Of a stretch of DNA of 64,000 nucleotides, positions 13,778 through 25,730 are shown one piece after another; positions within the stretch are counted from its first letter, which is position 1, and each line of letters opens with the position of its first letter. Origin of the DNA: Cenococcum geophilum (Eukaryota); the NCBI GenBank assembly GCA_050273025.1, contig CP158635.1, positions 31,930,001-31,994,000 of the forward strand, written 5' to 3'. The translations under genes and the position numbers were made by a program. The notes beneath the pieces are model-generated. The model was given only the letters and a program-made list of their open reading frames with translations, was not told where the DNA came from and did not search any database.

Positions 13778-14566
13778 CGGGACATACACAACTTAAGCGC
13801 TATATAATATTCTTTATTTATTAAATACTTTAAATTCTAAAAGAATTAATGTTTTATATATGTGCTGTATATGTATAAAGCTCAGCGTGGTTAGAAGCTA
13901 AACATGGTTAGAAAGTTAAACTTGAAGTTCTGAGACCCAACCTGACCATCGTCCCTCATAGTTGGACTCTGAACGGTGTCTAGGTAGTTATTCCCACTGT
14001 TGGCTTCATCATGGCATGGTAGTACAGAATATTTCAGGGCGACCTCTTCACGGAATATGCAATAGGCAGCTAGTTCATCACGGCAGGTGGGGATATTAAT
14101 TGCAACTTTTGCAGCTGTTGAACAGATAGCCAGTGATCACAGCGGTGATACTGGAGTTGACTGGGCTGTACGCTTTCCAAGTAAAATAAAATTCATGTCA
14201 TACACCGCTTAGGCAAAACACTAAGTTGATGTTCACGGAACAATCCAAAGATCACACGCCTTCGACTGGACCTTGACGTAACTAAGCGCTTCGGTTTTTA
14301 GTAAGTCAGTGCCATAGCAACTAACATTTTCTTTGAATATCTACAGCCCATGATAGCCTATTAAAGGAAGCACCTTAGATGCAGCGTTTTACCCTGGAAT
14401 AGCGATTCTCCTCAACTTCCCTAATCTTCACTATGTTCCGGATATTGAAGTGTCGTCAAGATCTGCCATCAAAGGCGCACAATGGACTGTATGCCATAGG
14501 CGCGATAGTACCGATTTGGGTCGTTCTGTTGAAAATAGCTTCCCAATCTGATGCAGACTAGTCGAC

Positions 14567-15157
14567 TCATTTCTTGTCCCAAGTTCGTGGCAGTCGCTGG
14601 CCCATTTGCAGTTCCCACAATTTACGATCAAATCTCCCCTCTCGCAAAGCCTGTGCATCGCCTGCATACTTAAAGGTATTTCCCCTGATTTCGGCAGGCT
14701 GGACTCCATCGATAATTGTGATGCGGCAGGGTGCCACACGATAGGCACTCGTTTCGTAGTGCGCAAGGTTGTATTCATCTTCTGCTGACCTAACTTTATA
14801 TGCCGAGCCTTCGACTACGGCACCTTGGGGGCCGTCTATAAGAGCACGATACTGGCCCCAATTCGCTAGAGAGTAGCCTACTATCCGCGCTGGCCGAAGT
14901 TCCGGCGGCTCAGTAAGGTCAAGAACACTCGAGAGTATCTCTGACTGTGTCAATGTGCCGTAAAAGAAGTAGTAGATTGGCTCGTATACGGGAGGCTTGT
15001 ACGGCGTATCTGGGATGTCTGTAAGGTAATTCTCTGGCGCAGAGGCAAGACTGTTGAGAAAGGGAGACGTGTTGTCCGCTAGTAGTGGCTGAGGATAGTG
15101 GCCCGTCAGCCGAAAGGGTGGAGGTTGCGGGACGTCTGGTCCAGCTTTTCGACTCAT
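14567..15157 (-). CDS. Gamma-glutamylcyclotransferase / AIG2-like family protein (196 aa)
   Basis: Intact ORF from the ATG at 15157 with YFFYGTL, RPA.I.GY, WGQY.AL..G, V.G.AY.V and L..YET..Y motifs typical of the GGCT-like fold; GC-balanced, not RIP-destroyed. Confidence 0.85.
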   Translation of the reverse strand: MSRKAGPDVPQPPPFRLTGHYPQPLLADNTSPFLNSLASAPENYLTDIPDTPYKPPVYEPIYYFFYGTLTQSEILSSVLDLTEPPELRPARIVGYSLANWGQYRALIDGPQGAVVEGSAYKVRSAEDEYNLAHYETSAYRVAPCRITIIDGVQPAEIRGNTFKYAGDAQALREGRFDRKLWELQMGQRLPRTWDKK

Positions 15158-15684
15158 AGTAACCAGCACCTTCAGGAAGAGGATCTGTGATCTCAAGATA
15201 GACTCGAGCAGGTCTCGATGGTGCGTCTGGTGATGGTGCACGATAGTAATTTGAGCTTTAAAGCTTTTTATCTCAGTAAGCGACTCAGACGGCAAGGGCA
15301 GAGCTTAATGTGCACTCACTAATACTAAAGTGTCACTAGTGTCCACCTAAGAAAACGCCACTTTCTTTTAACCAATCAGCTAGTACTGGCCTTAAGTCTA
15401 TCCTGCTGTCTAAGAGCCTTTAGTGCGGAACTCTATAGCGCTTAACTTTAATCTAAGTAATTTTATATAAGAAATACTCTTTTCTATAATTTAACCCTCT
15501 AATAATACATATTTAATCTAATAAGTTAAGTTAAACTAATTTTTTCTATAATTAATAACTCTTTTATAATAGAAATATTTCTTATAAGTAATATACTTTT
15601 AATATTTTAATAGACACTAATATATTTTTATTCTCCTTACTCTTTAATATTAACTCCTTTTCCCCTTTAATACTGTTCTCTATA

Positions 15685-16118
15685 ACGTGTTTCACAAGCG
15701 AGTCGGCAGCCCAAGCGAGTCGGCAACCTCAAAACTCACCAAAAATTAGAAAAATCGCACCTTAATATCTTAACAACCACTTAATAATAAATTCTAATAA
15801 TTTAGATTTAGGCTTTTATATATACTCTATAGCTTCTATTAAAGTTATATAGTAGATAGTTTAGTAGTTTTTAAAATATAGTAAGATAAAATATTTTAGC
15901 CTTATTTTAGCCCCCAAATTTTAATATTTTAAAAACTATAAAACCATTTACTATATAACTTTAATAGAAGCTATAGAGTATATATAAAAGCCTAAATCTA
16001 AATTATTAGAATTTATTATTAAGTGGTTGTTAAGATATTAAGGTGCGATTTTTCTAATTTTTGGTGAGTTTTGAGGTTGCCGACTCGCTTGGGCTGCCGA
16101 CTCGCTTGTGAAACACGT
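15685..16118. mobile_element. MITE 1, Tc1/mariner (Fot1/pogo-like) derived, ~190-bp inverted repeats
   Basis: TA TSD; termini ACGTGTTTCACAAGCGAGTCGGC..GCCGACTCGCTTGTGAAACACGT; nearly the whole element is a fold-back. Confidence 0.9.
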
Positions 16119-16150
16119 TATCTCTATTACCTTAAAGGTAAATAACTATA

Positions 16151-16577
16151 ACGTAGTCTGCGGGCAAGTGGGCCATGCGGGCAAGTGGGCCATAGTAAAA
16201 CTCACCAAAAATTAGTAAATTCATGCCTTAATATCTTAACAACCACTTAATAATAAATTCTAAAAATTTAGATTTAGACTTTTATATATACTCTATAGCT
16301 TCTATTAAAGTTATATAGTAAATAGTTTAGTGGTTTTTAAAATATTAAAATTTGGGGGCCGAAACGAGGCTAGATTACTATATCTTAAAAACTACAAAAC
16401 TATTTACTATGCAAATTTAATAGAAGCTGTAGAGTATATATAAATGCCTAAATCTAAATTTTTAGAATTTATTATTAAGTGGTTGTTAAGATATCAATTT
16501 ATGACTTTTCTAATATTTGGTAAGTTTTGATGTGGTGGCCCACTTGCCCGCATGGCCCACTTGCCCACAGACTACGT
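16151..16577. mobile_element. MITE 2, Tc1/mariner (Fot1/pogo-like) derived, long inverted repeats
   Basis: TA TSD; termini ACGTAGTCTGCGGGCAAGTGGGCCA..TGGCCCACTTGCCCACAGACTACGT; internal body homologous to MITE 1. Confidence 0.9.
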
Positions 16578-16742
16578 TACCCCTTACTAATTACTAAAGG
16601 CGATTTAAAAAATAGTAAAACTATTTTTTTACGCTAAAAGCTACGGGTAATATAAATACTATAGTGGCAAAATAACTTTAATATTAAGTAATTTCTTAAG
16701 GTATAGACTATAAAGGGTATTAATAATAGATTAGATAGCCTC

Positions 16743-19700
16743 TGTTGGTTACATAAGGGGATATCACGTAGCTACGGTTTATAGATAGTATGATGATTGT
16801 TCTGTGTTCTTCTTAAAGAAAGGGGTAAGGAACTTAAGGTTCCTTACCACGCTAGTGCCGCGGCGGCATGTAATAGCAACTTGCTATATATAATGGCAAT
16901 ATGCCTTATATAGTAACTATTTGCCTTTATTCCTAATACTAGTAACTCTTCTTTTATAGTTACCATCTATATATATATACCGCTTAACTAGCGGAATAAA
17001 AATTAATCCTTCTTACTTACTATTGCCATTATAATATAAGTCTTACTATCTTAAAATTTGCCCCTTAGCATGTGGTGCTTTCTTACTTATAAGTTATGGG
17101 TAGGTATCTTATTAGTAGGGCCGCTAAGGCGCTAGCGGTAAGCGAGCTAATAGCGATTTTCTATCCTAGGGATAGAAAATCCTAATTAGCTAGTTTAAGT
17201 TAGGGTCTGCAGAATCTAACCAATTAGATAACTTTAACCGCCGGTTAAAGTTCCTAAATATCTTAAGACCTTACGTAACTAAAAAATTTCTAGGGACTCC
17301 CTTTTAACCTAACCTTTAACTCGTATACGTAGAGTATTTATATTAATAAACGTCTCTAGTGCCTTATTTGGGTTCGCCTTTATTATTATATCTACTAGGT
17401 TATTTTGGCTATTAATTTATTAAATCTTAAAGAGTTCTTAGCGCTTGTAGGATTGCTAAAGTACTATAATATCGATTATAAGGCGCTTTTTCTTTATAGT
17501 ACTAAGCTTAACTAAATACTCGTAGAGGGAATATAAGTCGGTGTATATAATTATAGGGATAACGGGAAGTTCGAGCCGATCTATAATTATCTTTAGGGTA
17601 GTTCCAATTGCAATTGCTATATTAACTCCGCCAACTATTCTATATATCTTTAACGCTAAAACGCTTTAAATGATATACTTGCTCTTAGTTAAGCTCTAAT
17701 AAATAAGGTTGCCGTAGATTGTAAAGTTATTCTTTTTAGTAAATTCGTTTACGATAATAATTTTATATCCTAACTAAAAGCTAAAATCTTTATTATTTAT
17801 AAACGATCTATTAATAAATATAAAGAGCTTAGTGGTGGGAAGATTAATAGGCACGTAGAGTAGTCCCTAATTAAGATGGTTTATTTACTAGAAAAGACGC
17901 TTATTTAGGGTAAGGATATTATCCTTAGTTAGTTCCTAGTGTTAAGCCGTAATAGAGAGATTAAATAAAGCCTTAGGTTAATAGATAGAAGTAATATAAG
18001 CTTCGCGAGCACGTTGCTCTATATATCCTTACTTTAGAGAATTAACGTTAATAACGTTAATCTTCTTACCTTAACCCTTCTAGCGTAAAGCAATAGAATC
18101 CTCGTTTAGGGAGAGGATATATTTATTAAAGAGTAATGGTATTATTAAGTTAAGCTTTTCCTTTAGCTTTGCTATAAGATTTACCTTTACTAGCTTATCC
18201 TCTTTAAGAGCTAAGAATTGGTTGTCTTCTAAGATGATTATATTATTAGTTTATATACTAATAATTCCGAATAGGGTTTCTGTGGTTATAATAAGGAAGC
18301 AGGGATTAAATATAGAAGTAGTTATTAAAAGCTTCTCTTTATGGTGCTTGCTGTAGGTAGCCTACTAATAAGTTCCTACCTCTGCGATTCTATATAATGG
18401 CTTAAGCACAACTATAATTATATCTTTAGAATACTGGTAGCAAATTTGCTCTAGAAGGTATGCTAATATTAAGCGCTAAAGGTGCGTCTCTAATTAGGTA
18501 TAGGCTTAAGTAATATCTTATAAATAAACCGCCATTCTATTCTTTATTAAGGAGGGAGCTAATATAATAATAACTCGCTAACTAGCTCGTTGAATCGTGG
18601 GAGATTATATAAGAATTATCTCTTTGCTATTATTGTTATAACCTTAGATAATAAGCCTTAATTTCTTAAATGGGGCGTTAGTAGCTTTGCCCTTAATCTT
18701 ATTAACTATTCTTAACTTAAAGATACGAACTTCATTAAACTTAGTAGGGTTATATTTCTCAAATTTAAAGACTTCTTTTGTAATAAGACCGTCGATCTCC
18801 TACTTATTAGATGCTTAGAAAGGAGCTCCTAGGGTTATAATACGACCTTTTTTTTAAAGCTGTTTTGCAAGCTTAAAGTTAGCCTTCTCTTTAGCTGTTA
18901 TAAAGGCCATTAATAACTTAACTTTATTCTTAATGGCGGTAACAAATTATTCTTTAAAATTAATAAGGTATTAGCGATTTTGTAATCCCTTTAGGCGACC
19001 TCTACCGCGTTATAGTTGTGGCGTATCTACTATAATTATATTGGGATTGTAGTCGCCTTCTAGAGCATATTAATCGTAGTTTTCTTTTAAGGTATCTTCT
19101 AGGGCATCCTATAAAGGCTTGGAATTATTATCTTTATAGTAGGGTTTAATAATAGTTAAACGGAATTAGGTGGGTCTGTAAGGCATCTAAATAGTATAAG
19201 TTTAACCATTAATTATAATGAGTTAATGTAGGCCTAACTATCCTTCCCTTTTACGCTATACGCGTACTTTAGACTAGAGTGGCAGATTAAGCGCAGTTAA
19301 AGTGTTTAGGCTATTTCTTATTCCTAGTATATTATTAACCTAGCGTGTAGTATAGAGGCGTTATACCTCCTTTATTGCCTTACGAATTGCCTTAGCTTAT
19401 TATATAACGGAGGGAGATAGTAGAGAATTGTTAGTTATTTATAGGTAGGCGCTAAAGACTAGTAATATAGGTATAAGTCTATCCGGGCCAGCGGAATCGT
19501 TAATAGCTTTAATAGCCATTTATAAGGTAAGTTCTTCGCTAGCGTCCTTTAGTTCTAAAGAGATAATCTTATATACGCAGCGTAATGGCGCGTAATATCG
19601 CTTTACTTTTCTAATACTATTATATACTTTAATAGGGACTTCCTTAACCTTAATTGCTATTACCTTTATTTATTATTAAAACTCTATAAATAAGAAGTTC

Positions 19701-22700
19701 TTTTCTATGTTATAGATAATTTAATTAGGGGGTCCTAGGTAGATATTAATCTAGTATAACTAAAGGGTATCCTATGCGTTTCTAGCTAATATATCCTTTA
19801 AGAATCGTGCGGCTTAAAAGAAGGTTAAGAAGTTAATAACTTAGAGTACTAGCTTGACGCTAAGATATATAACGTCGACAATAATATAGAAGTTAAAGTT
19901 ATAGTTATTTTTAAGGGTAAACTTAAATCGGCTAGGGGACTTCTGGTTTATTTAGTAGTAATAGTAGTACTTTATAAGATGCTTAATTGCCTTAACCTTA
20001 ACTTTATAGCCTACTCGCTAAAGAACCCTAAGTAATTAATAAACGGATAGGTGGCTAAAACGACGGTGTAGTTAACGTAACTCTAACTTAGTTAAATAGC
20101 TCTAAGCAACACTCTTTTCTAGTTATTAAAGGAGTAGCTAAGGGTGACCCTACTTGCGTATAATAGGTACCCGATTATCTCCCTGCATAAGTATATTCTT
20201 AAGGTTATTAAGCTTAACGCCTAGTTTATTTATATCTCTAATGCAAAATAAAAATAGGGTGTTTATAAGAATAACGTAAAAAGTAATATACCCTAAGGGG
20301 GTTTAAACCCTAATTATGCTAAGAGAGATTGCAGTACCCTTGCTAAAACAAATTGTATATTAGCCTGCCGTTAAATAGTTAATCTAAATAGAGCTATTAA
20401 GCTGCTAAAGGGCTTAAACTTAAGGTTCTCCTACTATAGATACTTCTGCGGCTCTAGTATCCGGTATAATACTATAGAAGACGTTCGCCGAGTATCTATT
20501 ATTAAAGGAAAACGCGGAGCTCTCCTTTAGCTTATTAAAGATATCTAACTTTGTAATAAAATGGAGCGTAGATTGGTTATTAAGAACAGCAATGGTTTAT
20601 ATGCTATTTACCTCACCATACTTAGTAAAGTATTGGTTAGGTAAGTAGTCCTTAATTTCTATATTTATAAGGAGCTATTCGACCTTATTAACCTTACCCT
20701 TAAGATCTTTTACGCCTTTGTATTAAACTAGGAAGCTTTAGAAGTAGGCCGTAGTAACCTTATAATTTTTAACGTTTCTTATACTCTGACGGAACTTATT
20801 ATATACCTCTTTTTGCTTATTAAGGGAGTGTTTAGTTAACTAGTAATTTGGCTTCTTATAAATGTAGCACTTTTTTTAGTAATTACTTCAAAATGAACCT
20901 CTATAAGGACCTCTATAACCACCTTATAGTTAATATTAATTATACCCTCTTCCGTATTCCCTACTACGGCTATTATATATTTAATTAGTCTAGTTATAAT
21001 CGTGTTAGTCGGGAATACTTAGTTAAGTGGGGTTTTCGGTATAGAACTGTTAAGATTCTTATGTTTGTATTATAGTACCTATAGCGGAGCGTAGCTTAGT
21101 ATATACTCCTTTAAACGTATCTACAGGTTTATATAGCGCTAAGTTATACTTAGGAACGCTATAGTATGCTAAGATAACCTAGTCCCTTAGACTGTTCTTA
21201 TTTTAGTAAGTTTTAGTAAGGCTATATTAGATTTTCTAGAGTTTATTAAAGAGTAGTTAAAGGCACTTTAAATAAGTCTTTATTAGGTTAGAAGTAATAA
21301 CTCTCTAGAATATAGTTTCCCGCTATTCGGATATATAAAGTTGGCGATTCTTATTAGTCTTAAAGTGGGCTCTAGTAAGCTAAAGCATTATATTAAAGTT
21401 ATAGTTTTTACCCGTAATATAGTTATAATAGAATATTGCCGCCCGTCCCTTTAATATAATAGAGAAAGCGTAATAGTACTAGTGGCGTTAAATTTTAACC
21501 TTATTATAATAGTTATAAAAGACCTATAGTTTTACTCTAAGTATATCGTACAGTTCTCCTCTAAACTTCTTTTCTTTGTCCAAATATACCTTTATTAGAT
21601 TCGTAACTTCTTATAGTAAAGGCTTACCGGTTAGCTAGAGTAGAGAAGGTAGAGGCAGAGTAACTCTAAGTAGGAGAGCACCTCTAGGTAGGAGAGTAGC
21701 TTTAGATAGGGGGTTAGTGTTCTGGGGGTTTTAATACAAATTAAAGTTGCCTTCTAAAGAATATAGGTTGTTTTTAGGTTTCCGTAGTTAACGTATAATC
21801 TTAGCTTTTGTCTATATTAGTTCTTTTATACTAGCAATAACGGCCTAAATATTACTAGTAATTAGGTTACTATTCTTAGTAACGTATACCCTATTTCTAT
21901 AGAGGAAGTCTTAAAAATCCTAAACAATATTAACGTTGCTAAGTGCCCAGGTATTAGCAGTCTATCCTATAAAATCCTCCCTAAAATACTCCTATAGTTA
22001 TAAATTAGTGTAGTATCTATTTTAGTAGAATATAATATAGTATAGGAGAAAGCCGTTAACTTGTTTTATGGTATAAGTTATTATATTAAAGGCGAATTCG
22101 TCCTAATCTTTATTAATAAGTTTCGCGTGCTTAGCTACCCCTAGTAGTAAGGAGTCTTTCTAGTTATTTAAAGTAGGCGTAGCTATATTTTCAGAGGGAG
22201 AGAAGTGTTATTAGTATAGGGATTGTCATTTAGTACGCGTTCGTGATATATATTTGTTATTTAGTACGCGTTTATTATTTGGTATACGTTTAGACATATA
22301 TTTGTAATTATAGGGCTTAAAACCAGTTCTAGCCTTAAATCGCGAAGACTTATAAAGCGTGTTATTCTATATAATGGACATAAGAATCCGTAATCTTAAA
22401 AAGGCTTAGGACTAGTTCTAGCCTTTTAGATCCTTAGATTTATAGAAGAGTTTTATTTAAGGTTTAGGACCAGTTCTGACCTTAAAAGATAGCTTCCTTT
22501 AGCACGAGTAGCACTGGTATAGTGGCTCGTCTCTTCTTAGTGATACCTAGCTGTTTTATAGTATAATAGTGAAGTTAACCACTAATTAGTGTTGGTTACA
22601 CAAGGGGATATCACATAGCTATGGTTCGTAGATAGTATGATAATTATTCTATATTCTTCTTAAAGAAAGGGGTAAGGAACTTAAGGTTCCTTACCACGCT

Positions 22701-22805
22701 AGTGCCGCGGCGGCACGTGATGGCAACTTGCCGCACGTAACGGCAACTTGCTATACGTGACGGCAATATGCCTTATATAGTGACCATTTACCTTTATTCC
22801 CAACA
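16743..22805 (-). mobile_element. Full-length Copia A, GalEa-like; RIP-inactivated
   Basis: LTRs at 16743-16938 and 22590-22805; TSD gcctc (16738-16742, 22806-22810); integrase upstream of RT/RNase H; RNase H 'CTDS.SLYECLVKLGTTKEKRLMIDIMALRQSYERRE' (~17430-17560, de-RIPed); ctaattagt (=CTGATCAGT) next to the 5' LTR. Confidence 0.92.
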
Positions 22806-23621
22806 GCCTCTATATTAGTTAGTAAATCTTATTATTATATTTTACTTTAAAACAAGTAAAGATTTATATAGCTTTTTAATTCATTAGTTATATATTAGTA
22901 GAGGATATTTCCTAAATAAAACTTATTTAAGAACTTAATATACTAATTAAGTAGTTATATTTTAGTAAATTGAACTACTTTACTCCTATAGAGAAGGTTA
23001 ACTTATTTTAGTATTAAAAAAATTAACTTAATTACTTTTATATAGGCTACTCTACTTAAAAGGCTTATAAGTAATTAATACTAAGGCTAAAGTAGTTATA
23101 ATAAAGGGTAAGGCGATTCTAAGATAGTCTAATAGTAGCTATATTTAATTACTTCTATTAGATTCTATAAAATTCGACCTCTATACCTTTACGTAGTAGA
23201 GCCTAGGAATCTAGCAGTTATATTAGCGTTTTATTAGGGTCGTATTAATAGACTACTAGAGTAAACGTAGAGACGTATATACAGCAGCGCAGCGTCGGCG
23301 CTACGACATAGTAGTAGCGTGGAGAATTTTTCGCTAGGAGGGTAAGCCCTAACGGAAAGCTTAAAAACGACCACTATGTCTATACATCGAAAGCTACTCA
23401 AATCACGGCATCTATATCCGGCGTCCTCCCTTCCTCCTATATGGCATATAATTATACTATACGGCACCTATATAGTACGGTAACTAAACGAACTGAATAC
23501 GCTTTAGGAAGTCTATAATAAGCCTTTTAACTACCCGCCTTATATACTACCCTACCTAGCAGCCTAGACTTACTGCGTAGCATTTTATCTTTCTCTATAT
23601 CCTTTAGCTAGGGAGAAAATA

Positions 23622-25199
23622 CAAGGGGGTAACCTAAGTGGGCTACTCGCCCTCCCTATAAGCGCCTCTATTAGTACTTATAATTGCTATATCGCTATAT
23701 AAAAATAGTGCTTATTTTATAACTAATATTCGTTATATCTCTATCTGCGGCAATTACAACAAGGCAGCGCTCCCTTATATTGCCTATATACTTTTTAAAT
23801 TCTTTAGGCTTAGGCTTCTCCTATTCCTCCTTAGCTTATTACTATACTTCCTCCTTTGTTATAGGGAACCGGCATTATATTCTCCCTTTTAACAGCCTTT
23901 AGACGTTCTTAATTAGATTTAAATTAGGGGAATTTGCTAGCTATTCCGTTATAAGCATGCTATTCTATTCCTAGGCTAGGCGTATTGCTTTTACTAAGTA
24001 AATTAAGGCATTATCCTCTATAAGAATAGGCTAGTGTTATAGTATTTACTATAATTCCTATGCAAATTTCTTAATATTGGGGCATATATATGTCCGGTAG
24101 ACGTCGCCATTTATTATCTTCCTCTTATATCCTAGCCTAATTAACTAATTTTTTTAAAAAATAACCAGAGGCCCTTTATTCCTATTACGGTACTAGCAAA
24201 TTGCTATAGATTGCCGTAGATTGCGGTCACGTGATATAAAGATCGTATAAAATATCGAGCGGCGCTACTCTTCTTCTCCTTTGCTTTCTCTAGCTTTAGA
24301 TCCTCGTTTATAGACAATCTAATTATATAGGCTTGCGCGTCCCTTTTGCCGTACTTATACCTCGATTGACTAAGTCTCTAACACTTTATTCCTATAAGAG
24401 ATACTACTATAAATTATCTAGCTTAAATACCTCCTAAATTTAGGGATATAGTAATTAATATTATATTTCTCCTTAGCTCTTCTAGTAATAAAGATCTAGC
24501 CTCTGCTAGTTTAAATTAACACCTTATTAGTTTATATAACCGCTATCTATATTTTAGGAGTCTATTTAAAATAAGAATAAGCCCATCCTAGCTAAGTATC
24601 TTATTGTTTAGGTGTAATAAGGGGCTTCTCTATTACAATGCGGCGGAAGTAGCCCTCCTTTTTAAAGGCCTTATATAAGGATCGCTTATAGGCAGAGATT
24701 CCTTTAAGAAAGGCAATCTTCTTAAAGGATTTCTGTCGGTGCCAACGGTCCTACTTTACTCGTGCGATTAAACGCTGTTATATTAGGGTATTAAGATTCG
24801 GCTTTCTTTCTCTCTATTTTTAAGGGGTCTATAGATTCTAGAGAGAATTTAATATAGTTCTATAAGGTATACTAAGGGGGGCATTAATCCTTTAGTAATT
24901 CCAACTAGCGTATTAAGAGAGGGAATAAGTAATATTACGCTTATGGTAGGAAAGACAGGTGCCTAGATCTCGAAGAATTAGGTATTAAATTTTTGGTAGA
25001 TAGTTACCACGCTGCCAGCGTACTAGATTCGGCATTGCAATTTTAGGATATAGGATATAAGATATAAGGCCCCCTTACCGTTGTTTTATATTATCTGGCT
25101 ATTCTAGTAGCTTCTATAGATTTATAATACGCTATATATAGCTAAAGTCACACTAGCGCCAGTAGGGAGGGCGAGTAGCCCGCTTAGGTTATCCCCTTA
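23622..25199 (-). mobile_element. Tc1/IS630-like DNA transposon (RIPed transposase) carrying a solo LTR insertion
   Basis: ~45-bp TIRs caagggggtaacctaagtgggctactcgccctcccta / tagggagggcgagtagcccgcttaggttatcccctta with TA flanks; minus-strand de-RIPed 'WPANSPDLNPIENVW..LK' (~23885-23950) and 'EDNA' (~24010). Confidence 0.88.
24183..24383 (+). repeat. Solo LTR of the Gypsy A family inserted in the Tc1-like element
   Basis: Aligns end to end with LTR 2360-2586 (gagcggcgctactc, ctagctttagat, ctcgtttatagacaat). Confidence 0.88.
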
Positions 25200-25320
25200 T
25201 AAGGGACCTAGGTTAGGGCCCTAAGATAAAATACCTAGTTCTCTTCTCGTCCCGCTATTTCTTTAGAGTAAAAGATTATATAGGACTGGATTTATACTAT
25301 AAGTAGGAGTGCCGTAGGCG

Positions 25321-25340
25321 TATATATATATATATATATA
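25321..25340. repeat. (TA)10 microsatellite
   Basis: Read directly from the sequence. Confidence 0.9.
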
Positions 25341-25530
25341 GGGCAATTAAGGGAGCAAGGGTGGGTATATAATATTAAATTTTATAGTAATCTTAATTTA
25401 AGTAGAAGTATAGTACTAAAAGGTAGATAGGGTAAGATAGGTAATTAAAATACTCCTTTATAGAAGTCTTAGAGCAGCGACCTAATGGTATTTTTCCTCC
25501 CGTTAATATAGTATTAACATACTACCTAAA

Positions 25531-25730
25531 TATAAGGGCGCGAAGAGACTTCGAGGTAGATTTAAAGGAATAATGTAAATTTTATCTAAATCTAGTAATA
25601 TAGCTCTTGTAAAGGATAAGATATTATATAAAGAAAAGAAAAGAATATAGGAATCTTGTAATTAAATAGTTAAGGGTCTTAGCGGTAAATGTATACATAT
25701 ATACGTATACGGTCTTTAATGGTTTTTAAT
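25531..25730 (-). repeat. Truncated LTR related to the Gypsy B LTRs
   Basis: tataagggcgcgaagagact..tatctaaatcta..taattaaatagtta matches 4108-4300; similarity is lost after ~25730. Confidence 0.8.

Noticed and set aside
13350..13807. Short ORFs at 13350 and 13583
   Set aside because: Non-ATG starts; they lie in RIPed sequence and a solo LTR; no recognisable motifs.
15158..15295. N-terminal extension of the GGCT ORF (242-aa call)
   Set aside because: It starts at a non-ATG codon in RIP-affected sequence; the ATG at 15157 is the more plausible start.
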